Assembly (NCBI GenBank): GCA_047495785.1
Contig: JBLDXI010000030.1
Coordinates: 620,001-684,000 of the forward strand
Direction of reading: 5' to 3'
DNA from: Lepidodermella squamata
Taxonomy: Eukaryota; Animalia; Gastrotricha
Length of the DNA stretch: 64,000 nucleotides
A program made the position numbers and the translations under genes. Positions 1-9,758 of this stretch are shown here, piece by piece; the stretch's first letter is position 1, and every line of letters begins with the position of its first letter. Below the pieces are notes generated by a model. It had not been told where the DNA came from. It searched no databases and worked only from the letters and a program-made list of their open reading frames with translations.

Positions 1-498
1 CGTCCGTGATGTGTTGAGTTGCGTCGCTGGTGTTGCGTTTGATAGATTAGAGCCTATCCCATTTTCATTAGCATAGAATAGCTTTCTAAACAATGAGTAA
101 TCATCTTCGTTATCAGATTCTTGAGTTTTATTAGGCTCTGTTGGCGTTGAGGGCGATGGACGTTTGTTAGTACTAGAGCGTCTAGCATCCAATAATTTAA
201 TGTCTTTTTGAAGGGCCTGAAACTGTGTGAATAACTCTCCAAATTTTCTCATCGTATCGCTATACGTCATGCCAGGCGGAGGATGTGATAGTTGCAAAAT
301 GTTACCCATTTCATCTGATACTGTTTGTAGTTTGGACATTTCTACAGGGTCCATGAGTGTTTGTTTAAGCATAGCGCGTTTAGTAATTGCTTCCATTGGG
401 GACTGATGGGCGTGTGATGTTGCTGTAGTTGTTGTTGGTTGTGGTTGTGTTGCTGAGGAATATGGCACAATCATGTATCGTTTTGCCGTGGTTTTCAT
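1..498 (-). CDS. Polinton hypothetical protein downstream of PW; partial, open to the window edge
   Basis: My translation from ATG 498 (MKTTAKRYMIVPYSS...) has no stop over 166 codons to base 1. Preceded by an A-rich leader like other element genes. Missed by the ORF track because the stop is outside the window. Confidence 0.75.
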   Translation of the reverse strand, partial: MKTTAKRYMIVPYSSATQPQPTTTTATSHAHQSPMEAITKRAMLKQTLMDPVEMSKLQTVSDEMGNILQLSHPPPGMTYSDTMRKFGELFTQFQALQKDIKLLDARRSSTNKRPSPSTPTEPNKTQESDNEDDYSLFRKLFYANENGIGSNLSNATPATQLNTSRT

Positions 499-510
499 GT
501 TTTTTTTTGT

Positions 511-891
511 TTACTTTCCTCGATTTACTATCGACTCAATTAATGTTGGAATAAGGCTAGTTAGGGATGAAAGTAAGATAGGAATGAATGCCCCTTGTCC
601 ACTTTGAATCAGGCGCTGTCGGCTTTGCTCGATACTATTGCCTTGGCCAACTTTTTTTATGGCGTTTCTATACTGTTTCAATCTGCGCACTGTGTTTGGT
701 GGAAGTTTCTGATTTTTCGCTAGCACATTTAACGCGATTTCCGCTATTATATGAATTACGGAGGATGGTGCAATTTGTAACAATAAACCTCGTTCTTTTT
801 TATTCTTAGCATTAATAATGAGTCGTAAAAAGTGCATCAATCGTTTGGCCTTGGATTTCCGGTGTTTATTGGTGCCGGGGTTGCGTGCCAT
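511..891 (-). CDS. Polinton PW-like small basic virion protein
   Basis: Motifs IAEIALNVL and RQRLIQSGQGAFIPILLSSL (QxGxG putative adenain site followed by an amphipathic/hydrophobic tail); located right after the ATPase. Confidence 0.75.
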   Translation of the reverse strand: MARNPGTNKHRKSKAKRLMHFLRLIINAKNKKERGLLLQIAPSSVIHIIAEIALNVLAKNQKLPPNTVRRLKQYRNAIKKVGQGNSIEQSRQRLIQSGQGAFIPILLSSLTSLIPTLIESIVNRGK

Positions 892-915
892 GAAATTCTA
901 TTGCTAGTACAGCTG

Positions 916-1692
916 CTACTCTGTCGTGGAAAGTGATTTTGCGAATGACACGTCGTTTACATACTTGGGCACGCGCTCCGTGTATGTGTCTGGTAGAAAA
1001 ATGGACCCTCCGGCAAATTCAGCTCCGATCCCGAGAAAATCACGTACCCGATAAAACTCGGGTATATTGTGACGCAAATCTAGCACCAAATACTGGTAAG
1101 GTTTACTGGTAATTTTAGTAAATGCATCAAATATTTGTCTCCAAATTGTAGGCTCGGATTTCATGAGTAGTATTTTAACTGACATCGTTTCCGATCTGTT
1201 GCGATACAAGATGAAAATGTCAGTGTTTGCCGCGATTATGGACGAATATTTTCCCCGCGGATGAACGCGTTGCTGGCTGATCATTATCGAAACGTTACAG
1301 TGGTGTTTAAAACGCGTAAAATAATCCGCAATCAATTCGCTGTCATGTGCTCGCAAAAAATTGTCCTCAATTATCATCAACGACGTGTCACTTGGTGCGA
1401 AATAATCAGCGGTCAGATCGTCGATCCCGTTCAGGAATTCGATTTTCACCCCGCGGGCTTTGTACACATCCTGAGCGAGCTTGTCATGGTAGTCGGGGGT
1501 ATTGACCCCATAGCAATAGACAATTCGATTCGGTCTTGGGACGAATATATCAGCATCTAGCAACATTTGGCGAGTGGTTGTCGATTTTCCTGAACCCGAG
1601 TTCCCGATCAACGCAATCGTGACTGGTAAGTGAATTGAACCAATTATCTCCATTTCCGCCCCTGATTGGTAGCTTGCTGACATGATTGGCAA
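916..1692 (-). CDS. Polinton FtsK/A32-like genome-packaging ATPase (probable start at ATG 1653)
   Basis: Walker A GNSGSGKST, Walker B LMIIED, plus FTRFKHHCNVSIMISQQ and KPYQYLVLDL motifs typical of Polinton ATPases. Confidence 0.93.
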   Translation of the reverse strand: MPIMSASYQSGAEMEIIGSIHLPVTIALIGNSGSGKSTTTRQMLLDADIFVPRPNRIVYCYGVNTPDYHDKLAQDVYKARGVKIEFLNGIDDLTADYFAPSDTSLMIIEDNFLRAHDSELIADYFTRFKHHCNVSIMISQQRVHPRGKYSSIIAANTDIFILYRNRSETMSVKILLMKSEPTIWRQIFDAFTKITSKPYQYLVLDLRHNIPEFYRVRDFLGIGAEFAGGSIFLPDTYTERVPKYVNDVSFAKSLSTTE

Positions 1693-2314
1693 AATTTCTT
1701 TGGATTAATTTTTTCGCTTATCAACCCTTTTCCGAATAGTTTTCGAGCGAAAGCGTGAATATGGCAATCTATAGATGTGCACGGTGCGATGTATGGCGAA
1801 AATATACTTGAAATTATATTTTTCATAGACAAATTTCTCGCTCTGTAGTATAAATAGACTAGCGAAAATTCACCACAAGTTGATGTTAACGGGGATTGCA
1901 CAGGTGCTTGATTTATTTCATAAATTCCACCGCTCCTTGATGATGTAATTTTTAAAAATCGCTCGATCACTGGATTATATTCGCGCATGTTTCGTGCCAG
2001 TGAATCAAACACCTCAGATCTTTCAGCTTCCCCTCCTACGTATACTGCAAGCCAATGTTCCTATACGTTGAAATAATAATAACAACAAACACACACAAAA
2101 AATGATTTAAAATTCAACTTTTTTTATTATTTACAGATCAACTCACTCCTGGAAGAGTACTCGGTTGCGTATTTACAATAAGCCCCGCCGGTCTCGGAAA
2201 ATTCACGCGTAGTAAAGAGTCGAGCTCATCACATGCCAACACATCATAAAACGGTAAGTTGGAAATCCCACATACATCGGACTCTAAGCAAGTATAAAGC
2301 TGAAATGTGTTCAT
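1644..2314 (-). CDS. Adenain-like cysteine maturation protease; exons 2314-2147 and 2060-1644 (86-nt intron 2146-2061), 194 aa
   Basis: Spliced product reads IVNTQPSTLPG|EHWLAVY...FDSL...QSPLTSTCGEF (His/Asp/Gln/Cys catalytic motifs). Intron is GTGAGT...TATAG, phase 0. Confidence 0.92.
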
Positions 2315-2376
2315 ATTTTACCATTCCCATCATAACACGATAATACGATATTATAATCATGCATTTTTTCCATAGA

Positions 2377-3735
2377 TTAAGAGTGCAAGTCTGCCAATAC
2401 TTGCCGGACCGAATTTACTTCAATCACCGCTGGCCCATCCATAAACAATATCAACGAGTGATTCTCGGTTAACACATCGGTAAAAATGAGATTCATCGAC
2501 AAGCTAGCAGATGTGACAGGGTTCCAACAACCCAGGGCTGCATCGTCTGGTCCCAATGCGAAGGGGAAGAATGTCCTCCCGTCTTTCATGAAGTCATCGT
2601 ACGAGATTCCGTTATTTTTCTGGTTATGCTGGAACGGAAACAGGACTTGCATCGTTTGCCAATACGCCTTTGCCGCATCTTTCGTAGCCACGGAAACATC
2701 TAGAGGCGATCCAGTCACGTGTGCTCCATCGAGCATGACACTCATTTGCCTAGACAAATCAGGTAAAATGAACATTATACTTTTTTATTATTATTCTTAC
2801 TTTAATTTTGCGCTGGTGAAGTTGTACGGGTTCAAATTGAATCTCCCAGTCATCTCTGTATCTTTCAAAATACACGCAACCAATACTCGAGGTTGACGCC
2901 CCAGCAAAATATTATTTAGCGTAAAAATGCTGCTTCCAGCCGTTAGCGTTATTGTTTTGATGAAGCTTCGGGACACCACATATCGCGCCGGGGATACAGT
3001 TAATGCTTTCTCAATACCAAGAGCAAATTCTGGTCTGACGCGAATTCTCCGCAAAATTAGACTAAGCGATTTGATGCTAAAGTGATACGTTTTTCCTGCT
3101 GGGCACATTAGAGCCCATTCATCAGACACCCTGGTAAATCTCATACTCATGCTGAGATTGGGAAGTAAACACCGCGGCTGGCACCACAATTCCAAATTTG
3201 GTTTAAAAATCATGGTAAGAGTCCGGGTTTTGCATTTTGCCTTGCGGGTTGCAAATCCGGTGTTAGTATCGCCAGTCACGTCATCAAGTTTGCCTGGAGT
3301 GTCCAGGTACATGCCTTCTAATGACATGAATGTGTCCTTGGTATCGTTGCTCAAGCTCAATAATGAGGAAATGTACGATTTGTAGCAGTACCACGGAATA
3401 CTGTCTGTGACCATGACAGAATTGACCGACATGTCAATATTTTTGAATATACTATGAGCCATGTTAGCAACGATGCCACAGTCCCAATCAGTTGCTAGCG
3501 CATCCGGGGTTTGGTTTTGAAGTTCAATCGTTACTCGAACACAGCTGCGAGACAAGTCTGTGAAATCAGTAGGCGATGCCTGAACATCGATATCAATCGG
3601 TGCGCTATCAGTTAGCGTAGATCTGGGGAAAACTTCCAATAAGTATGAACTTTCTATGCTGTGTTGAGTACTGGGGACTTCAAAATATTCAAAGCATGAC
3701 TTCAAACATTCTTGGCTTGCCGGATGGTGTTGCAT
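2377..3735 (-). CDS. Polinton double jelly-roll major capsid protein (PY); exons 3735-2801 and 2749-2377 (51-nt intron 2800-2750), 435 aa
   Basis: N-terminal ECLKSCFEYFEVPSTQHSIE, NPYNF and NNGISYDDF motifs. Removing GTAAGA...TCTAG joins the two ORFs in frame (FTSAKLK|QMSVMLDG). Confidence 0.92.
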
Positions 3736-3880
3736 TTTAGATGTTGCGTGATTACAGTATCAAAAAAATCAAAATTAATAGGAGATTTTTTGCGCCCCAC
3801 CGCCGTCTACTACGACCTAATTACATTTTTATTTGGTTTACATATAATATATCGTTCTATTTTTTTTATTGCAGCTTTCT

Positions 3881-4372
3881 TCAGCCAAACAACTGGATGT
3901 TACTACTGTTCGACTTGGAGCGTATCTTCTTCCGCCTCTTCTTGTTTCTCGGGTTCGATTTGGTTGACCTGCGAATTCTACGACCTTTGGCTCTTCTTTT
4001 TCGTTTTCGCCCTCTATTACGACCTCGGCCTAGTTGCTCAGATACATTGTGAGCTGCATCACGGGCAAATCCTCGCAGTGCAGTAACGCCGTGATTTTTC
4101 AGCGAGTCTCGAATGTTTGTACCATTTGGTTCTACGAGGTCGTTTGAAATTCCAGCGGAAGCAGTCGATAGATGGCGGAACAGGTATGGTAATAAAGGAA
4201 CCACATTGTTGCGAAAAAAATTCCCAATGTATTGCCCAACTCCTGACCCCATCTGAGGACCAGCGTAGACACTAGGATATACTATAGGGGTTCCCCGGAA
4301 CACATTCATACCTTGCCCTGTCTGAGCTCGCATCAAAAAATATGCGGCATAGTCATCAGGAGAAGCTGGCAT
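3881..4372 (-). CDS. Polinton core/PM-like protein (Arg/Lys-rich, protease-processed)
   Basis: Three QxGxG motifs (QTGQG, QMGSG, QLGRG), an amphipathic segment GQYIGNFFRNNVVPLL and a very basic C-terminus. Lies between penton and MCP. Confidence 0.78.
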   Translation of the reverse strand: MPASPDDYAAYFLMRAQTGQGMNVFRGTPIVYPSVYAGPQMGSGVGQYIGNFFRNNVVPLLPYLFRHLSTASAGISNDLVEPNGTNIRDSLKNHGVTALRGFARDAAHNVSEQLGRGRNRGRKRKRRAKGRRIRRSTKSNPRNKKRRKKIRSKSNSSNIQLFG

Positions 4373-4419
4373 TTTTTTTTATTATTTGCACTAGAGCTGA
4401 TTTGACCAAAACTAATATT

Positions 4420-5520
4420 TTACATGGGACGGGGTCTAAAATGGAGAATCATGATAGCTTTTCCATATTCAAATATCAACGCGTCGCCACCGTCATTGGT
4501 CATTTTGAATTCTAACTCTTCCAAAACTCGGACACTTACTGGGATATAAATAGGTTTCTCAAAAGTAATCGACATGAATTTCACCCTTCCCGCTTGATTA
4601 TGTGGAACGTTTATTTGTCGTAGAAGTGGGACTTTAACGTTTCCGACATTTACCCCTTCTATAACTGATAAGTACACAAACATGGACGCCAGCCCGTTAA
4701 CTAACTGGGGGCCAAACGGTAGAAAGAGATCGCCAACGGAGCCTGGATCCACACTCAGGTGAAATGTGACAAGCTCTTGTAGTTTCATTTCCTCGTCACG
4801 GCTAAGTTCAAATTTATGATGAAGTCGATGCAAAGAAGTGCCGTAGTCTCCATTTGACTCATAAACGCATTCGTCGACGATTTCGCGTGCTAGTATTTTG
4901 TTGAGGTCCTGAGACCCTGGATGGTTTGAGATTTGAGATGTTCGCAAGTGGATATACGGGTATATATGCGCAAATCGCTCAATTATACTATTTCTACCAC
5001 CGCGTGCAGACTGCCCTTCTTGCTTGAAAATTTCATGCTGAACAATTAGAAGGGCCTGAGGATTTCCCATTACGTTTGCCAAATATTTGGGTATAAAAAC
5101 TGCTAGGCGACTGTCCTCTACAGAAATCACGAAACGGTCTCGTGTATTATCGTATCGAATTTCCAACTTGCTTCGGAATTTTGAATTGATTGCACGCATC
5201 ATGTCATTGGCCAAATTGTCATTTGAGGAATAGTATGTCCCACCCACTCTAAATTGGGTGATCGCCCCACATTCGAACGGCCTTTCAGAATTTTCAACAG
5301 ATTCGGCGTATTTATGGAAATCAAGGACGAAGAATGAACATTCGCCCAAGTTCTCGTAAGTGCAGGGTCCTGTATACTGATACAACCCACATTCATATGA
5401 ATTGCTGCTGCAAAGATCGATCGGGCTCTCTAGTCTAATTTTAAAGTTCGAAGCATTGTTGAGTGGGTATTCAGTCATACACGAATTGCTCATGGCATAA
5501 AACCAGAAATCCTGAGACAT
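4420..5520 (-). CDS. Polinton minor capsid protein/penton (PX)
   Basis: N-terminal SNSCMTEYPLNNASNFKIRLESPIDL...YECGL; C-terminal MFVYLSVIEGVNVGNVKVPLLR...FEKPIYIPV...LHFR. Confidence 0.88.
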   Translation of the reverse strand: MSQDFWFYAMSNSCMTEYPLNNASNFKIRLESPIDLCSSNSYECGLYQYTGPCTYENLGECSFFVLDFHKYAESVENSERPFECGAITQFRVGGTYYSSNDNLANDMMRAINSKFRSKLEIRYDNTRDRFVISVEDSRLAVFIPKYLANVMGNPQALLIVQHEIFKQEGQSARGGRNSIIERFAHIYPYIHLRTSQISNHPGSQDLNKILAREIVDECVYESNGDYGTSLHRLHHKFELSRDEEMKLQELVTFHLSVDPGSVGDLFLPFGPQLVNGLASMFVYLSVIEGVNVGNVKVPLLRQINVPHNQAGRVKFMSITFEKPIYIPVSVRVLEELEFKMTNDGGDALIFEYGKAIMILHFRPRPM

Positions 5521-5534
5521 CGCTTTTATTTATT

Positions 5535-5723
5535 TCAACTGCTATTAGTCACTCGGCGGCTTGTGGTTAAATTGACAAAAAATGATTCGATTGACTGGTG
5601 GAAAATCCACGCAATTAAGCTAATAGTGCAAATGAAAATTATTGCTGTGTTTTGACGCTTTTCCATATGACGCCGAAAAAATGCGCTTAAATCGCTACGA
5701 CCGCTAGATGATCCGGTTTCCAT
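5535..5723 (-). CDS. Small single-pass membrane protein of the Polinton, function unknown
   Basis: 62-aa ATG ORF filling the gap between integrase and penton; one hydrophobic helix (AIIFICTISLIAWIF). Confidence 0.55.
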   Translation of the reverse strand: METGSSSGRSDLSAFFRRHMEKRQNTAIIFICTISLIAWIFHQSIESFFVNLTTSRRVTNSS

Positions 5724-5767
5724 TGCTTATACCGCGCGTATTGTACAGAATTTCTCAATATATATCA

Positions 5768-7071
5768 TTAATTATTTTTTGATTTTTCGCTTCTATATAC
5801 ATCCGGATTATCAATAATCGAAGCCAGGGGTTCCCAAGTTGCTTGATTATCCGGGTAGCCCTTCCAGAAGACTTGAACCCTTTTGACCCCATCGCGCCCT
5901 GTTTCACTCGCACCGATTCTGTCTATCAAATAAAATTCCGGAAGTGTCACACAACATAATTCGTGTGCGTAAAATTGTCCAGGTAATTTTAGGGTATAAT
6001 CACTAGTGGTGGAATCCCATTGATTTAGTTGGTACACGCATGGTCCATATTCATCCCCCTCTTTGACAGACCGAATCTTGAAAAATTCCTCGCTCCAGTA
6101 ATTATGCTTGGATCGATCAAATAAGCCGCGTTGTAGAGAAATGCGTACTATTTGTCCGGGTTTAAGCCTACTTTTCACTCTACTCCTCATATTTTCACCA
6201 TTTTTGTGGCGGCGAAATACGTTGTGAAATGCTGATAACAGCTTAGGATCCTCTTCTATTATTTCAAATTTGTTGCCGATTTTCTTTCCAGTTACGTGAT
6301 CTTTTAACGCGTAGAGTTCGGCGGGGGTAAATTTTATGGTACCGTGTTTTGTAGAGTTATACCCCTTAACTAATGATTGTAACATGTGGTGATATACCGA
6401 AGTGTTGTAGGCGACGCAATACCTTGTGAGGCGCACCCGAATTGTTTTATTAAAGGATTCCACACTAGAAGATTTGATGTGTGAATTAGTGTTATAAAAT
6501 CCAATTTTTGATTTTTTCAGGAACTGCTTAACGGCTCCCAGGAACTCAGTGCCTCTATCGAACCAACATGCCAGTGGAGGCTCTCCGGCGTCGGCTATTA
6601 TCGACTTTAGGCCAGCCAATATCGTCTTCGATTGTTTGTCCATCATAGGACGCACCCATGCGTATCGAGTGAACACGTCGATGCAACACAGCCAGTACTG
6701 AATGCCTTGATTTTCTGCTGACATGTCTCTGCGGAAAAGATTTTGTTTATCGGTCGGATTTCTAATTTTTTGTATCATTTGAGTGTTTAAAAATCGTACC
6801 TCACATCCATCAAATCAAGCGCCCAAACTTGATTTTTACCAAAAACTTCAACTTTTCGATACGATTTCCGATTGCGAACGCTTACTGGTCGATAAAGTGC
6901 ATATGCGCGTTGGTCTGATAACCATTTTCGGATTTCCTTTCTTGAGAACTTCGCATTGCCGTTGAATTTAGCTTTTACAGCTTCGTAAAATCGCTCAACG
7001 CCCCCCAAACTACCACCGTTTTCTACCTCGAAATACAAAGGACGTAGCACTTTATCTATATTCTCGACCAT
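5768..7071 (-). CDS. Retroviral-like (rve) DDE integrase with C-terminal chromodomain; exons 7071-6800 and 6728-5768 (71-nt intron 6799-6729), 410 aa
   Basis: Spliced product reads WALDLMDVR|DMSAENQGIQYWLCCIDVFTRYAW, then FDRGTEF and VESFNKT. Chromodomain VQVFWKGYPDNQATWEP. Intron is GTACGA...CCGCAG. Confidence 0.94.
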
Positions 7072-7163
7072 TTTCGCCCCTGTGATAGACTATAATATGT
7101 GTGTGATTTCTTATGTTTTTTTTTTACATAGTCGAATTTTGAGATTGAACACCCTCTATATTA

Positions 7164-7554
7164 ATGGCTTTTTGTGATGAAACAAATGCTGATGGAAGAC
7201 CTTGCACATGTATGCTAACTTTTGACGAAGTGTACATAATAGCCAAAGAGGATATGAATCCTGCGAAGTGTGATTACTGCGAACATTACGCCACATGCCA
7301 CCCTAACTCTTCAACCGACGGTTTGTGGCTTCCAGTTTGTCGCTTTTCTGTCTCACCACTTTTCTCTAATCTATGCAGATAATGAGCAAATTCGCCTGTC
7401 GATCATTCAGTTTATTCGTACATTCGATGATGCCGTGGGTGATGTGTTCATTTTATTCCGGAAACTTACAGCGCAGTGGTGCCAAGTTTACAAAATACTG
7501 GCCACTTACAACTCCAATAATGTTCAATACTTGAAAAAACACCGCCGTGAATAG
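7164..7554 (+). CDS. Polinton accessory Cys/His-rich protein; exons 7164-7320 and 7379-7554 (58-nt intron), 110 aa
   Basis: Removing GTTTGT...pyrimidine tract...ATGCAG joins two ORF-track frames in phase 1 (SSTD|DNEQIRL). N-terminus has C..CxC...CxxCxH...CH. Confidence 0.65.
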
Positions 7555-7648
7555 TTAATACTCGATCGCAATAAATTACTGTACATGATAATCAGGTTGC
7601 TTATTGTTTTTTCGCGTCGATTCGGCCCATGGTGGGTGGGAACAAGGA

Positions 7649-7850
7649 GATTCGGGTAGTTTCGGGTAATCTCAACCCATCGAGTCGATTCGAACAAAGG
7701 TACTGACTTGGTGATTCGGGTAGTATCGGGTACTACCGGGTATTATCGGGTTTTTTCGGGTATTCTCAACGGTCACAGATCGGAATATTTTGGTCGTCAC
7801 ATACTACGTTCAGGTCACAGATCGGAATATTTTGGTCGTCACATACTACT
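7649..7850. repeat. Polinton terminal region: ~10-bp-period (T)CGGGT(A) subterminal repeats and a duplicated 37-bp terminus
   Basis: GGTCACAGATCGGAATATTTTGGTCGTCACATACTAC at 7771-7807 and 7813-7849; CGGGT units at 7649-7670 and 7713-7762. Confidence 0.85.
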
Positions 7851-8360
7851 CGTGCATGAAACGTCGAATCGGTCGAAAACGTAGTGTTCCATTGTATTCG
7901 ACGGATGTAATGGATATACGACAATTTGGTCACTTAATGTGCTACCGATATTAGGCTTCTCATATGCCGTCAAATGATAAATTATTGGAGTCCAGATATC
8001 CAACGCAGGCACTGTGAAGTAGAGTGTGGCAGGATCTGCCCTCATACATTCCGTTTCTGACAATAGATCTGTGCATTTCGGTTTTTCGCATGGCAGCCCC
8101 CATGTTATGGATAGATAAAGAAGTAAAGACAGCTTTTGCTCCACGTCATCGATTCCTACAAAACGGTGGAAGCCAGCACGGATATTCACCTCAACCGGCC
8201 TGCTGCTGTTGGAAGACACTACTTGTTCCAGCAGTAGGTTTTTCGACATAACTGCTGGACAACGTTCAGAGAATTTCAACTCTAACTTGCCAGCCGCCGT
8301 TGACGCAGTTCCAAACGACGCGAGTTTTGCAAACATCAGCAAACTTAGGGGCGATGGCAT
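7851..8360 (-). pseudogene. 5' half of a Cys-loop ligand-gated ion channel gene disrupted by the Polinton insertion
   Basis: Clear paralogue of 14272-15444 up to FDRFDVSCT, the first Cys of the Cys-loop. The frame then runs into the element end (AGT AGT ATG TGA). Confidence 0.88.
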
Positions 8361-9758
8361 GATGTTTATATTATGATGCGATTCTTTTACCGATGCACAT
8401 GTGACGTAGATAAGACGTCACACTCAGAGCACGCTGGCTGACAAAAGGCGTGTTAAATTATTTGCTCATGAATATTCTAAGTGTTTTGCAGTTTGAAGAA
8501 TAAAAATGATGGGGCTCCATGCGAATTTGCTTTAAAATTTAAAATTTAAAAATTAAGGTTTACAGATTGCTGAAAGTAATGTTTTGCCGCGGTTTCCGAG
8601 ATGAATTTAGTCAACAGAAATAGCACAAGAAATATTGGGGTGGAAAATAATGGCATGATTCAACTCATTAAATTTGAGCGATGAACTTTATTCTAACTTA
8701 CGACTTCTTAGTGCCATCTACGTCCTATATTACGTCACTTGCCTAAGTATGGCCGAAATGGGTCTCTTACTCGCTCTATATGCAATGGAATATATTTTAG
8801 AGAGCTCATCTACCAAATTATCAGTAATGTGACATATCACATTTCCCGTATGCGCATATAGGTATAGGTATCGATTAGATAGAAAAACCACGTTCTCGCG
8901 CTTTTCGGGTTTTGTTTTGGCAGACAAAATGCCAGGGTTGCACTTGTTTTAACGGGCTATTCAAATACACGTGTTTGAACACATGATTAAACAATATAAT
9001 CAAAATTCCGGCGGATAGATAGCCTGCTTAATTCTGTAAAAACTATCCGCGGCCGGCGAAATAGAAAGCCACCGATCGTGTTGGAAATTGTCTGTAAAAT
9101 CGTGATTTGGTCATAAAATTTGTGCCTGAGATACCCCCTAGTTTGAGGATCCTACATCGCGCACTGGACAAAACAACCGCTTCACTATTCATAGATTTTG
9201 TATGGAAAGTACGTTCGGCTCTTAAACCTAAATCAAAAACACGGCATTAGGCATTATAATTCGAATTTCATTAACTGGAAGTAGCTGCCGATTGATTGAA
9301 TATGACAAATCAAAAATCAGCTGCTCGATCACTACGTGCGACTTGAATACCTTGACTTGAGGGAGAGCTGAACGTGAGCTCGAATAACGCAAAACATCAG
9401 AATAGCCTTCTCTATTACAGAAAAAAGTCGGGCATGCTGTTCGAGCTCAATTTTAGACTTGAACTTGAGAATCACTAAATTATAATTTTCAGTCTCAGAT
9501 GGATGTGCCAAATGGAAACACGAACCTCAGACTTGGACGCATTGAATGCGTTTCACAGCAAGCAGACGTTACTAAACGCTTTCTTGGATAATTGGCCATC
9601 TTTAATCACAACTGCCAATCATTTAGCCAAACAATATATTTGATATTTCGAACTGGACTTCATTTCAATCAAAAACATCAAAAACTCGGCATCAGGCTTT
9701 AATCCGAATTCCCTCATCAAAAGTAGTTGCCAGTATTATTGATTGAATAGGACAGACA

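Larger units (their letters stand above)
1..7850 (-). mobile_element. Maverick/Polinton (adintovirus-like) endogenous viral element, one arm; continues off the left edge of the window (pPolB not in window)
   Basis: Co-oriented, tightly packed genes for integrase, penton, core protein, MCP, adenain, ATPase and PW. Terminal ...CATACTACT at 7850 matches the canonical AGTAGT...ACTACT Polinton end. Abrupt junction into a host gene. Confidence 0.96.

Noticed and set aside
54-242. 62-aa ORF from the track
   Set aside because: Alternative frame inside the longer open frame 498->1.
2377-7071. Split MCP and integrase ORFs read as pseudogenisation or programmed frameshift/readthrough
   Set aside because: Each gap is an AT-rich GT...AG segment whose precise removal restores conserved motifs; introns explain all cases.
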